A stretch of 64,000 bases of DNA from a phage: NCBI GenBank assembly GCA_032986305.1, contig GCA_032986305.1_3672.1; one strand, written 5' to 3'. The notes beneath the pieces are model-generated. The model was not told the DNA's origin, searched no databases, and saw only the letters and a program-made list of their open reading frames with translations. Shown here in pieces: positions 9,134 through 19,386 of the stretch. Each line of letters starts with the position of its first letter. Position 1 is the first letter of the stretch. The position numbers were made by a program, and so were the translations under genes.

Positions 9134-9304
9134 ATGGGGCGAAGATATCATTACCTGATGTGGAAGTTATATCATGGTGCTGCTAAAGCTTACCGCACCG
9201 TGTTTAGTAATGACAATCACTGCATTATGTTACGCCTTGCCGCCATTGAACATCACAATGAGTGGATTCGTGCAATCGTAATAGGTGACAAAGATTTTAA
9301 GTAA
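9134..9304 (+). CDS. possible small protein (56 aa), below the ORF-track cutoff
   Basis: ATG 9134 preceded by GGAG; reads MGRRYHYLMWKLYHGAAKAYRTVFSNDNHCIMLRLAAIEHHNEWIRAIVIGDKDFK; fills an otherwise empty gap. Confidence 0.3.
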   Translation: MGRRYHYLMWKLYHGAAKAYRTVFSNDNHCIMLRLAAIEHHNEWIRAIVIGDKDFK

Positions 9305-9334
9305 AGTATTGCTTTCTAGATGGAGACTGATTAA

Positions 9335-9715
9335 ATGTGCAAGTGTAAATCCTATAATTGGAAAGTGAAAGGTGCCAAGCATCAAAATGTTATAGTTGAT
9401 GTGCCTAAAAAGCTCCGTGACGGCAAAAAACGTGTGTGCCTTGATAAGTGCATGGCTAAGCCTATCATGAGTCTATGGGCGGCAGGATTGAAAACTCTAA
9501 ACTGCTGCTGTGGTCATAACAAAGATGTTCCAAGTATCATTATCCCAGAAGATGCAGACCCTAAAGCTTATGCCAAAATACTGACCCGCTACCCCAGCAC
9601 CTTCCTGATCGGAAAATGGTGTCACGATGAACTTCAATGGTGGGTAGCATACGGTAGTATAGGTACTGCTTTTGGCTTTCCAGCTCTGTCAGAGCGCTAC
9701 GTCAAAGTGTCATAA
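9335..9715 (+). CDS. hypothetical cysteine-rich protein (126 aa)
   Basis: ORF with clustered Cys (CKCK, CLDKC, NCCCGH), possibly metal-binding. Confidence 0.45.
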   Translation: MCKCKSYNWKVKGAKHQNVIVDVPKKLRDGKKRVCLDKCMAKPIMSLWAAGLKTLNCCCGHNKDVPSIIIPEDADPKAYAKILTRYPSTFLIGKWCHDELQWWVAYGSIGTAFGFPALSERYVKVS

Positions 9716-9819
9716 TCGATTTTAAGGCCTCAAAAGAGGCCTGTGCCTTCATAAATTGCCCCACCATGTGCGATTACCCCCCTGAATAAAATACCCTCTC
9801 AGATCTCTTAAAATTAAGC

Positions 9820-9848
9820 TTGACACCAACACCAGATTTGTATAGGAT
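9820..9848 (+). promoter_or_regulatory. sigma70-like promoter
   Basis: TTGACA (9820-9825), 17-nt spacer, TAGGAT (9843-9848); AGGAG then ATG at 9879. Confidence 0.4.
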
Positions 9849-9878
9849 TATCTCACCAACAAAACAGAGGAGACTGCC

Positions 9879-10286
9879 ATGGAGAATCTTGCAAGTGTGA
9901 ATGTCGAAATTGTTAAACTAAAGTTCTTGGGCTTTCGAGACCCTTATTCTTTAACAGCTATACTAATGGACACTCACTTCACACCAGGTAAAGAGTACAC
10001 AGCCTTCCGTTATATTTGTGGAGATCACGAATCAGCTTATAGTGTGAATACAAACCTCGGCGAGGGATATTTCATCAGAGATATCACAGATCACTTATGG
10101 GGAATGTGGGAGTTGGTGGAAGAAGAGAATAAATCCCTTCCTAAAGAGATTTGGGTGCACACCTTCCACACAGGTAAGTTTGGAGGTACGGAACATAAGT
10201 CTATCCACTATGATGAAGAAAGTGCCATCAAACAACAAGCTGTGCTTGGTGGATCTGTAGAAAAATTTGTTAAATGCGAGGACTGA
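9879..10286 (+). CDS. hypothetical protein (135 aa)
   Basis: ORF with good RBS. Confidence 0.45.
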   Translation: MENLASVNVEIVKLKFLGFRDPYSLTAILMDTHFTPGKEYTAFRYICGDHESAYSVNTNLGEGYFIRDITDHLWGMWELVEEENKSLPKEIWVHTFHTGKFGGTEHKSIHYDEESAIKQQAVLGGSVEKFVKCED

Positions 10287-10289
10287 GAA

Positions 10290-10490
10290 ATGGCTGATTT
10301 TTGTAAAGATTGCTCTGAAGAGTTGTTTGGCTTTGACTGCAAAGATTTGGAAGGTCTGATCACTGAGGATCAGTGGAAGGAAGGCTATGCAGCACCTGTT
10401 ATTTGTGAAGGTTGTGGCTATACCTATGTTGACCATAAAGGTAAGCGCGTCAAGCCGTCTGAAGATGGGTCATGTTGGGAGTATTACTAA
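10290..10490 (+). CDS. small zinc-ribbon-like protein (66 aa)
   Basis: CKDC ... CEGC spacing typical of a zinc ribbon. Confidence 0.45.
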   Translation: MADFCKDCSEELFGFDCKDLEGLITEDQWKEGYAAPVICEGCGYTYVDHKGKRVKPSEDGSCWEYY

Positions 10491-10500
10491 CTATAAAAAG

Positions 10501-10530
10501 AAAGGGGCCAAACGGCCCCTTTTTATTTAC
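10501..10530. terminator. bidirectional rho-independent terminator at the convergent junction
   Basis: aaaggggcc-aaac-ggccccttt hairpin flanked by T-runs on both strands, between the plus array (ends 10490) and the minus giant gene (ends 10538). Confidence 0.65.
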
Positions 10531-10537
10531 CCCCTTG

Positions 10538-13500
10538 TTAACGAGAAAAGGTTGCGTAGGCTTCTAGACGATACTGCTGGTCACCAGGGAACATAACACC
10601 TATAGAGGCTGTCCCTAGAATCCTGCCTTCCTTTCCAGACTCCATTCTGAACCCTACCCATCCTGAACTCCTTGCAGCCTCGATGTTGTCGCTATACCCG
10701 AAAGTGGCAAGATCGTCAACACCAGCCCCAAACAGCAACTGAAGCTGACTTCTCGGAAGCCCTATAATTTCAGGAATATACGCACCAAAGTACACCATCT
10801 GCCCTACCTTAGGACCGCTGCCGTACTCCATCGGTTTGCTTGTAGAGAAAGTCTTCATACCAGAAGTACCTGCCGGACTAGGGTATGCCCCGTTTGTTGC
10901 TGTACCTATCCACATTCTCCACTGTGGTGCCATCTGTTTGACAGTAAAAGATGTTGAAGACGTTTTGCGCCCTGCATCATCAGTAACTACAAACTTTATG
11001 GTGACATTCCCAGTAGCTTTAAATGTTACCAGTCCTGTGGTGGCATCCACTGTTGCAATGTTGGTATTACTACTTTCCCAAGTCTTTCTAATCCCGGATA
11101 CGTTGGAAGGGGTAATAGAAGGTTCCTGCATCTGCAGTTTACCACCCACAATCCCTATGCCGTTGCCCGGATTATACAGCACACCAACCTCGTCTATAAT
11201 ATTCCCTGCTTTGAGACTATACTTCCTTGAGAAGTTGTAGGTTCCGTTATAAGTGTGTGTCCCTGAGAAGGTGACATCTGCCTTCCCGTAAGAGATGCAA
11301 ACCAAAGCATACTTCCTGTCAGGCAACGTTGCTCCAGTCTCCGGGTGAGTTTTACCCACCTGAAACACACTCGGGTCAGTGGAGTTGTGGCTATCACTAA
11401 CGGAGCTTGGACCACCCATCAGTTGTGACAAGCAATTCCTTACCCATGTCCAGTTATTATCACTGGAGAAGTCCACAGTCAAATCAAACACAACCCACTC
11501 ATTTGGCTTCCACACAGGTGTTGTAATGGACTTGCCTACACCACCCCCTTGGAGTGTTGCCGACTGTTCAGTGATCAGGGCCGCATAGGCCAGAGTTCCT
11601 AAACTCAGGGTCTGGCTTGCTGTCCTCACTACCTTAGAATCAGCATCTGTGAAGTTGTTGATAATCTGGAATGTGCCATAAGTGTTTTTACAGGTAATTC
11701 TGGCGTTCAGTGTGTCAATCTTCCTCACATCTGCCATAGCAGTGTTAGACACAGAGAAGTCAGAAGCTTTAGCTGAGTTTGCCGCAACAGCAGGATCAAC
11801 GTTAAGAGTTGCGTTGAACTGACAAGCTGGGGTAACCAGCAGCTTGTTATCACCTATTTGCTTCCATGCAACACTTTGAACAGGAAGATTCCATTTGATA
11901 CCTGAGAAAACTTTAGCAACCCTTGGCCCCAAAGCTCCAGTCCTGTTGTCTTTACAGCACATGGACATGGTGATCGTTGACGGGGTAGCCTGACCGAACA
12001 GTTGCTGTGCTTTTGCAGAGGACATGGTGTAGAAGTTGTCCTTAACAAACTCATCAGCAGCTAAAGATCCGTCAGCCCTCCACCACTGCACCTGGTACCC
12101 GGTCTTATCCCAGCCACCGACCTGCTTCAGGTCTTCCCAAGAGATTTCCAGATCCCCGGTGGTAGGATTGATTGCAGCAGTTCCTGGTGTTCCAGATGAC
12201 CATATTGGAATATCGAACCACGCTGGTTTAACAGATTGTACTGCGTTCGGTCCTATTGCAGCAGCAAGTTGCCGACCCATCAACACACGAGCATCTTTTA
12301 CCAAGCCCCATTCAATCATGGACCCGGAGTAGCCTTCTTTCTTGTAGGCTAAAGATCCGTTCAAATGGATAAGCCTACTGCAGTCGAAACCATACGCCCC
12401 GCCACCGTTAGGATCTGCAAAGTTAGTTATGATTCTATCCCTTATATTTTTCCATGCCCTGCCTCCAATCTCATAGTCATGGTCATAACATCTCTGCAGC
12501 GTTGTCCAGCAAATGATTGCCATTCTTCTGCCACCAGTAAACCCGAAAGCGCCGTCATTCAACTCTTTCCACAGATAGCAGTTAGTTGCCCACATAGCTC
12601 TGTGGATATTGAACCAGTTTATAGACTTAGCAGAATTGTCCCACTGAGTTCCAGGTAATTCAGGCCACACCGCATTCACCAGCATGTCCTCTGTGCCAGC
12701 ATCTACCAGGAAGCCCCTTACCTTCCTACCCATCCCTTCTCTGTCTTTAGCAATCCAATTGCCAAACAGCCTCAGTTTTGGACCATAAACAACATCTTCA
12801 GGGTGCTCAAAAGAGACATACTTCAAGTATACCGTAGGATCACCGTAGGTGCCATCACAAACACTTTTATGCATGTTCTCACCCAGGTCTAGACGAAGTC
12901 CTGTCACCACTTTAGATGTGTCGGTGAATTTGTCTGTTAAATCAAATTCATACCACCACCATCCGCCACCAAGCATAAATTTCTTGCACCGCGCAGTGTC
13001 TGTATCTGATATTCTCTTATCCCCTGCAAAAGGTGAGTCAGCAAACTGATAGTGCAGAGCAGTCTCAAATAGATGTGTTGAGGTTCCGTTTTCTGCAAGA
13101 ACTTGCCTACCTATTAAGTCACACTTAATGATCATCACAACACGCTTGTAGCCGTTTGTTATCGGAACCTGCATGGATATTGGTGTTCCGTCCATGTTCG
13201 ATCTTAGTGTGTTCATGATGATGTAAGGATCAACAGCATTGCCCAAAGTTTCAGGTCCTGGAATTATCTTGTACTTCTTGACCTGCCCCATGAATCTGTC
13301 ACTGGCGTAAGTTGCAGCCTCGAAGCAAGACCCACCACCAGGTAGTTCCCCTGGGCCCCAGAAAAATGCGCCATAACAGTTATAAAACCACTTGTTAGGG
13401 TCATATTTGTTCTTGAAGGTCTGAACCTCGTTAGCCTGTTTTGTCAAGAAAACCTGAGTATCTGTGAAGATTGCAGGGTTCACTCTTGCCTGTCGATCAG

Positions 13501-16174
13501 CATATCCAGGTTGGTTAAACCACTGATTGCAAGAATAGTCCCGCATATAGTCATAATCAGAGTATTTGTTGTTTGCATCCTCGTTCCAACACAAGTTCAG
13601 GTTGGTGCCTCCCATGCACACAATATACTCTTCAACATATTTATCGCTTCGGGCAGGAATTCCTATGAACCATCTGTTAACAGGCTCGTCCCAAGCGGTT
13701 CGTTCATCTTTAACGCAGATAGCAATCCAGTCATGTGTTCCTGTTTTCTTGCACACATCTCGTTTCATACCGTAGTAGAATTCTTTAGTATTTGGCTCAG
13801 GTGCGCTTATCAGGTAACTCCACGCCTGGTCTGCATAGGTTCCGTTGGTGCGAGGGTCATGATCAAAGGCATACATGATGATCCTTTCCCCACCAAGATG
13901 TTCGCCAAGAGTAACTTTGACATTCACATCGCCGTAACCGTTGCGAACAACATCCATATTGTCAATAGAGATGCCTCTAGGGGTGTAGGCAATTTTCAGC
14001 GAGCTATCCTCACTAGTGCCCCCAAGTGTGATCCCTATGTTGTTTGTTGTCCCATCGGCATACCTTACTGTAGCTTCCCAGCGTATTCCGAAATACCCTG
14101 CATCATGGCTGACAATTTTCAGTGTACGAGCACCAGAGTTAGGTTTTCCAGGATCAGGCCAAGGATCTGGATGTTCATGGACAGTCAACGATGTTCCGTT
14201 TTGCTCGTTGACCTGCAACATTTTACCGCCTCTGCCGTTAGGGTTGAACTCCCACAAGGCTTGTGTTTTCACAACATTGTCATACGTAGTACGTCTCTGA
14301 TCGTAGATCTCTTGAGTCACATCGTAGGTTACAGACCCGGCATCCATTCTATGGAGTCGTACCATATACGATGTATCGCCTTCTACAACAGGTTGAGCTG
14401 CGTTAAGCCCGAAGTATGCAGTATCGTTGACATGGAACTGTTTGTTTCTACCGACAGTATGCCACTTGCCGTTGGACGGATACGCAGGAACTATAGTGTT
14501 CCAGTTCAAAGTTCTTGTCGTATGGGTTCTGCCTGTGCCATGCTTGTCATGATAGGTTATTTTTACAGAGTACAGGCCACGTCTGTTAACATTTCTGTTA
14601 TATTGGGTAACAACAACTTCGTTGGCTCCACCGTGGTTCCAGTTGGTGGAGAATTGGTAATTTGCATCTGTAACAACCGTACCTGCAGCATTTACCAGTT
14701 CAATCTTGTCAATAATGAACGTAGCCCCCTCTGGCTGAGGCTTCAATTTCATCTTGACCGTGTCACCAATGTAAATATTGCTAACGCTGCTAACACCGTT
14801 AACGTCGAAAATATCATCAACACCCCAACTGTCTACCGGGACATTTTTATACCAATTCTCAGGAACCTCTGTGAACCCCTGACTATTAAGTCTGCCGCCA
14901 AACAGGTTATTAGATCCTGCAAAACTTCCCCTTGGGATGCCTGACCACCAAAGTTTGCCATTAACAACAGTAAAGGTTCCTAAAAAACCTTCTCTGTGAA
15001 TGCCTTGGAAATAAACACTTTCTGTCCAGCTAACTGGGAGGCGTTGCTCAACGTATTTGGCTGTGGCAAGAGCTTGATAGTGGATAAAATTGGCCCTAGG
15101 GCTATTGTTTGCAGATTGTGCGCCAATATCATTGCAAAGGTTGCGAGAGAATCCACGGTACTGCTTAGTACCATTGTTGAAGAAAATGCCACTTGTGCCG
15201 TACCCACGAGCCATTATTACCTCATGGGTGTAGGTGATATTCAAGGCACGCCATGTATCATCTCCCCAGACGTCTTGCCCGTAGAATACGTTAACAAGTT
15301 GCTGGTCATCAGGTCTGTGCATTCTTTGTGTTACAACCACTGCCCCGTTCGGACCGCACATGAACCCTTTCCACTCCTCATCTGTAGGAATGCCCCTCAA
15401 ATCGTCACGGGTAATCTGAGCAGGGGGCCAAACGAGAGTGTTTCTACTATTGTTTCTCAGAAAGTCATATCCAGCAATCCAGAAACCTCTAGGACCACCG
15501 AAAATAACAGAGTTATCATGCACCTCACAGTTAATGCTTGGGTTTTTCCAAGGACCTGTTTCAGGATTTTCCGATGTTTCACCAATCTTTACAGGGGTTG
15601 CATGCTGGTTTTTATCCACATGCAAAGATCCGTAGGTGTTGTTGCCAGATCCGTACAGGTGTAAAATGCCAGTGCCTTCTGCCTCTGCCATAACCCAGAC
15701 GGTGTTGTTAATACCGCCCATCACCTCAACAAGGCGCTCTGGGTGGGTGTCAAGGTGCAATCCTTTAACGATTTGTTCAGGAAGAGGTGTCCACTCCCTC
15801 ACACAAACATCATTACCGCCTGCAGCATCAGACCCAATAAGCCCTGCAGTACAGCCGATGTAGAAAAACTGATTATCAAAAGTTCGGATCACAAACGCAC
15901 GGTCTGCTCTCCACACATGATCAACGTTCCAGGCAGCCTCATTAGGGTAGTTTATCGTGTCAAGATCCCCAGTCCTACACTCCCCGAACCTGTTGTACCC
16001 TGTAATATTAAGCTGACCATTGTCAAAAAGTATAGCTAAGCTATTTACATAGGCTACTGTAGTGCTTGTACCGTCACTGTTGTCTATTGGGTATGACAGA
16101 ACAGCAAGTTCCTTAACTCCACCCCTCTTATCGAGGAAATGACGACCAAGTTTTAGCAAAGGGATTGGAAGCAT
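10538..16174 (-). CDS. giant tail fiber/virion protein (1878 aa) with RCC1-like repeats and a C-terminal Big_2 Ig-like domain
   Basis: N-terminal GYNRFGECRTGD and LYGSGNNTYGSLHVD resemble RCC1 propeller repeats; C-terminal NVSGIRKTWESSNTNIATVDATTGLVTFKATGNVTIKFVVTDDAGRKTSSTSFTVK is Big_2-like; RBS GGAG before ATG. Confidence 0.65.
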   Translation of the reverse strand: MLPIPLLKLGRHFLDKRGGVKELAVLSYPIDNSDGTSTTVAYVNSLAILFDNGQLNITGYNRFGECRTGDLDTINYPNEAAWNVDHVWRADRAFVIRTFDNQFFYIGCTAGLIGSDAAGGNDVCVREWTPLPEQIVKGLHLDTHPERLVEVMGGINNTVWVMAEAEGTGILHLYGSGNNTYGSLHVDKNQHATPVKIGETSENPETGPWKNPSINCEVHDNSVIFGGPRGFWIAGYDFLRNNSRNTLVWPPAQITRDDLRGIPTDEEWKGFMCGPNGAVVVTQRMHRPDDQQLVNVFYGQDVWGDDTWRALNITYTHEVIMARGYGTSGIFFNNGTKQYRGFSRNLCNDIGAQSANNSPRANFIHYQALATAKYVEQRLPVSWTESVYFQGIHREGFLGTFTVVNGKLWWSGIPRGSFAGSNNLFGGRLNSQGFTEVPENWYKNVPVDSWGVDDIFDVNGVSSVSNIYIGDTVKMKLKPQPEGATFIIDKIELVNAAGTVVTDANYQFSTNWNHGGANEVVVTQYNRNVNRRGLYSVKITYHDKHGTGRTHTTRTLNWNTIVPAYPSNGKWHTVGRNKQFHVNDTAYFGLNAAQPVVEGDTSYMVRLHRMDAGSVTYDVTQEIYDQRRTTYDNVVKTQALWEFNPNGRGGKMLQVNEQNGTSLTVHEHPDPWPDPGKPNSGARTLKIVSHDAGYFGIRWEATVRYADGTTNNIGITLGGTSEDSSLKIAYTPRGISIDNMDVVRNGYGDVNVKVTLGEHLGGERIIMYAFDHDPRTNGTYADQAWSYLISAPEPNTKEFYYGMKRDVCKKTGTHDWIAICVKDERTAWDEPVNRWFIGIPARSDKYVEEYIVCMGGTNLNLCWNEDANNKYSDYDYMRDYSCNQWFNQPGYADRQARVNPAIFTDTQVFLTKQANEVQTFKNKYDPNKWFYNCYGAFFWGPGELPGGGSCFEAATYASDRFMGQVKKYKIIPGPETLGNAVDPYIIMNTLRSNMDGTPISMQVPITNGYKRVVMIIKCDLIGRQVLAENGTSTHLFETALHYQFADSPFAGDKRISDTDTARCKKFMLGGGWWWYEFDLTDKFTDTSKVVTGLRLDLGENMHKSVCDGTYGDPTVYLKYVSFEHPEDVVYGPKLRLFGNWIAKDREGMGRKVRGFLVDAGTEDMLVNAVWPELPGTQWDNSAKSINWFNIHRAMWATNCYLWKELNDGAFGFTGGRRMAIICWTTLQRCYDHDYEIGGRAWKNIRDRIITNFADPNGGGAYGFDCSRLIHLNGSLAYKKEGYSGSMIEWGLVKDARVLMGRQLAAAIGPNAVQSVKPAWFDIPIWSSGTPGTAAINPTTGDLEISWEDLKQVGGWDKTGYQVQWWRADGSLAADEFVKDNFYTMSSAKAQQLFGQATPSTITMSMCCKDNRTGALGPRVAKVFSGIKWNLPVQSVAWKQIGDNKLLVTPACQFNATLNVDPAVAANSAKASDFSVSNTAMADVRKIDTLNARITCKNTYGTFQIINNFTDADSKVVRTASQTLSLGTLAYAALITEQSATLQGGGVGKSITTPVWKPNEWVVFDLTVDFSSDNNWTWVRNCLSQLMGGPSSVSDSHNSTDPSVFQVGKTHPETGATLPDRKYALVCISYGKADVTFSGTHTYNGTYNFSRKYSLKAGNIIDEVGVLYNPGNGIGIVGGKLQMQEPSITPSNVSGIRKTWESSNTNIATVDATTGLVTFKATGNVTIKFVVTDDAGRKTSSTSFTVKQMAPQWRMWIGTATNGAYPSPAGTSGMKTFSTSKPMEYGSGPKVGQMVYFGAYIPEIIGLPRSQLQLLFGAGVDDLATFGYSDNIEAARSSGWVGFRMESGKEGRILGTASIGVMFPGDQQYRLEAYATFSR

Positions 16175-16179
16175 TGTGT

Positions 16180-16214
16180 TCTCCAGATAAGAAAACCGCC
16201 CCGTCAGGAGCGGT
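16180..16214 (-). terminator. putative rho-independent terminator
   Basis: Minus-strand hairpin accgctcc-tgac-ggggcggt followed by TTTCTTATCTGG. Confidence 0.4.
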
Positions 16215-16222
16215 CAGATATA

Positions 16223-17968
16223 TTAACGTTGTGCAATAACCACATCCACAATATCACCAACACCACAATATGTCAATTGTAGCAAGGTAACGCTGTTGGC
16301 TTTGTTGTTAATGACAGGGGTAGCCGACAGTATGGCATATTTATCGTGCAAAGTCACGTTGTGGCCTACAGCATCTTGAATGACATAGATGATTGCAGTA
16401 AACGGGTAAGGTTTATCTTCAGCCGATGTTCCAGGCCATTGGCCTATTGTAAAATCCCCTTTCGCGTGGACAACATACATGCTGGCCTGCCCGTTAGGTG
16501 TCCATGTCCCACTAGATGCGTCAACCTCCTCTAAATCAAAATCTACCTTCCCTGCGTGGAAAGTAGGGGCAGTAATGGTTTTACCCGCCTCAATTTCTTG
16601 AGAGGTGGTTATCTTACCGCTGGAGTTAATGCCATTACAGACAAAGTTGACATTAGAGAAGTCTGGCAGCCACCCGGTCACTGTGCCGGATATTTCAAGG
16701 TTGTGAAGGTAGGTGGTGCCAGTCCCTGCTGCGTTTAAACTAACATCTCCATTTACCTGCAAGTTTCGGGTAACGTTGCAGTTTTCAGAGTTTGCAGTTG
16801 TTGCAGTTAAAGTGGTGGTGGTCAGCTCGGTAATTGTACCTTTATTGGCTGTAAGCCCTTCTCCTTCAAAAGTTGCACGCTCATTGACTCTTAGAGTATT
16901 CAGAGCTATATTTTGGATAGAGGCTGTACCTCGAATAACTACAGACCCGCCAACCTCCAAATCTCCATTTATCAATGCGTCACCCGTGCTTTCAATATAG
17001 CTAGGGTAGATCATGGTGCCATCGACAGAGTAGGTTATCCCTGTAACAGTACCTGTCACCTCAAGGTTCTTAACCCTGGTGGTCCCATCGACCTGCAATG
17101 TCGGTTCGGTTGCTGCCTTCATGGCATTACCACGAATGTACACGTAGTCAAAAAAGTTATTGCCTAAACCATCAAAATGCACATCGTTATTATTAGCCAC
17201 GGGTTTCCCAGAAGTTATAGTGTCAGCTATAATCCTGTGGGTGGACACTTCATGAGGTTGCAGCTCTGTGCTTCTCCAGTCTGCATGCTTAGGATCGCTC
17301 CACGCAAAAGTAAGTGTAGAAGTATTTGCCGTAAGGATTAGATTCCTGAAGCGTGCAGTAGAATCTGCTCCATTAACAGGTCCATGTAAGGTAAGGGTGC
17401 CCCCAACTATGGTGTTGGCGAGTTCTGTAAGACCTTTTACCACCAAAGACCCTACAGTAACTTTCATCCCCTCCATGGCTTCAAATATGCTATCAACATA
17501 GTCAACAACAAACTCTGTGTTTGCTATGGACTCTGACTTATCGTCCATTGGAGGTGTAGGTACTCGCGGGTCACCTTCGAACCTTGGGCTGTTAAGTTTT
17601 GCGTAGTATTTTGCCATTACTGCAGAGTCGGTATATAATCTCCAGTTTGGAGATTGTGAAGGATCTGCTGGCATTCTAACCGGGTTAGATTTTGATGCTG
17701 CGGGAGCGTACCACCACTGAGGGCCTGTGTCCCCTTTAAACTCATATAACTGGTTAAAAACTGTTGTGGATGCACCATACGCCCAAGGGATCGGCGGCGT
17801 TTTAAAATAAAGGGTGTCAAGCATGGCTTTTCGTACCGTAGGGATGGTGGTACCATCCTCTACGACAACTTCATCCACAGCGTTACCGTTGACAATCAGG
17901 TGCAAACGTTCAGAATCAACAATTACTTGATCTACCGCCTGCTCAAAGCTTGTCATGTCTTGCGCCAT
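16223..17968 (-). CDS. tail fiber protein (581 aa)
   Basis: Repetitive Gly/Thr/Asn-rich beta-type sequence; position within the fiber cluster. Confidence 0.55.
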   Translation of the reverse strand: MAQDMTSFEQAVDQVIVDSERLHLIVNGNAVDEVVVEDGTTIPTVRKAMLDTLYFKTPPIPWAYGASTTVFNQLYEFKGDTGPQWWYAPAASKSNPVRMPADPSQSPNWRLYTDSAVMAKYYAKLNSPRFEGDPRVPTPPMDDKSESIANTEFVVDYVDSIFEAMEGMKVTVGSLVVKGLTELANTIVGGTLTLHGPVNGADSTARFRNLILTANTSTLTFAWSDPKHADWRSTELQPHEVSTHRIIADTITSGKPVANNNDVHFDGLGNNFFDYVYIRGNAMKAATEPTLQVDGTTRVKNLEVTGTVTGITYSVDGTMIYPSYIESTGDALINGDLEVGGSVVIRGTASIQNIALNTLRVNERATFEGEGLTANKGTITELTTTTLTATTANSENCNVTRNLQVNGDVSLNAAGTGTTYLHNLEISGTVTGWLPDFSNVNFVCNGINSSGKITTSQEIEAGKTITAPTFHAGKVDFDLEEVDASSGTWTPNGQASMYVVHAKGDFTIGQWPGTSAEDKPYPFTAIIYVIQDAVGHNVTLHDKYAILSATPVINNKANSVTLLQLTYCGVGDIVDVVIAQR

Positions 17969-17977
17969 GATTTCTCC

Positions 17978-18244
17978 TTAAGCTTTTTGCTCTTCGTTTT
18001 TAACGTGGTCAGGGTGCTGGCAACCCCACCGGAGCGAGATGAATTTGCTAATAAGCTGGGGGCAGGCTACTGAAGGTGCGTATATCCACGCATACCATTC
18101 AGGAAGCGTATCATTGTACCCCATATGAATAAAAACCCCAGTCATCACTGCCATGCCTATGTTTGACCATAGCTTAGATTGGGACACTTTTGTAGGGTCA
18201 TCAGATGCTGCAACCAGTCCCCATAAAAACTGAGTTAATTTCAT
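17978..18244 (-). CDS. small predicted membrane protein (88 aa)
   Basis: Two hydrophobic segments (LWSNIGMAVMTGVFIHMGY; WYAWIYAPSVACPQLI) and a charged C-terminus. Confidence 0.4.
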   Translation of the reverse strand: MKLTQFLWGLVAASDDPTKVSQSKLWSNIGMAVMTGVFIHMGYNDTLPEWYAWIYAPSVACPQLISKFISLRWGCQHPDHVKNEEQKA

Positions 18245-18253
18245 TTACCCTCT

Positions 18254-19297
18254 TTAAGCATAAGATATGGTGATCCATTGACCGTTTACAAATTTTTGAA
18301 TAGCTCCAGTCCAATAGTCGCCCTGATACGGGTGTTTATAGGCGTAATTGCCGGAGCACATTACATGCCCAGGGTATACTCTTGATTCTCTGTAGGTGGT
18401 TCTGAAACGGTTTGCTATCCTTACATCTTCAACACCCCTACTAGGCATAGGAATAGTAAGGTTACCACTACTGTCTGCGCTACTACCATTTACCCTGCGG
18501 ACCACGTTTCTTCCACCAACTGTTGCATATTGACCTCTGGCGGTTTTATCGTTACAATCTACTCTTCCACCTATTTGAGCGCTTCCGCAGGATTGTTGTC
18601 CGTTAACAGCGGCTCTTGGTATTGTGACCGCATTGGCATTTGCAGAGGAACTTTTTGCATCGTTGCATTCAAGATTCCCTTGGATAGCCAGTCTTGCACG
18701 GTTGGCAGTTATAGCATTGAGCTTCATAGCCGAAAACACAGGCTGCCCACCAGAAGGTTGAAATCTCCAACGGAACCCGTCTATTTGGTGAGAAGGATCA
18801 TCAAGATCTGTGCCGTCAGCACCACCGATGTTGTCCATAATCCAGAAATCCATTGTCGTCTTGTCTGGAGTTATGGTGGTGTATATCGCCGCATTGTCTG
18901 TTGACGCGGATGCAAACTCGATTCTTTGAAGACCTAAAGTTTGAGTCTGGATCATTGTGTCTCCAGCCTTGTCAACATAAAGGTCATCCATTTCTTCAGG
19001 TGAGTATACATTGAGAACTTGACGTGCAGCAGCTTTGTCTGGAACGTCTGCCAGATTATTAGTGACCCTTAAGAATCTATTATCCCATCCTGGGACAACA
19101 TCTTCTGTTAAATGCTTTAACCACGCAGAAAGCATGTGAAGTTCAAAGTTAACAACTTCACATGCCACTCTTTGTGTCATATCCCAACCTTTCAATCTCT
19201 CTTCTTTTTTTGGTTGGGACTTATTCAATTCTCCCGTATTTTCAAGCACAACATCCTGATTGGCCCAAATATCAAGAGGGATAACTGGTTTAGTCAT
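18254..19297 (-). CDS. tail fiber protein, paralog A (347 aa)
   Basis: N-terminus PLDIWA and C-terminus QKFVNGQWITISYA shared with the 20312..21352 product; GDTM motif typical of fiber shafts; divergent central part. Confidence 0.6.
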   Translation of the reverse strand: MTKPVIPLDIWANQDVVLENTGELNKSQPKKEERLKGWDMTQRVACEVVNFELHMLSAWLKHLTEDVVPGWDNRFLRVTNNLADVPDKAAARQVLNVYSPEEMDDLYVDKAGDTMIQTQTLGLQRIEFASASTDNAAIYTTITPDKTTMDFWIMDNIGGADGTDLDDPSHQIDGFRWRFQPSGGQPVFSAMKLNAITANRARLAIQGNLECNDAKSSSANANAVTIPRAAVNGQQSCGSAQIGGRVDCNDKTARGQYATVGGRNVVRRVNGSSADSSGNLTIPMPSRGVEDVRIANRFRTTYRESRVYPGHVMCSGNYAYKHPYQGDYWTGAIQKFVNGQWITISYA

Positions 19298-19386
19298 CGC
19301 GTTCTCCTGAGAAAATTCCTTAGGACTATTTTAACACTTTAGAGAACAAAATGCAAGAACGGAGTCCTTTCCGTTCTGACCTTTGT

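Noticed and set aside
13511-14944. 477-aa plus-strand ORF (and other plus ORFs such as 14996..15664 and 10836..11240)
   Set aside because: Entirely antisense to the 1878-aa minus-strand gene, with low-complexity hydrophobic composition and no RBS; treated as antisense shadow ORFs.
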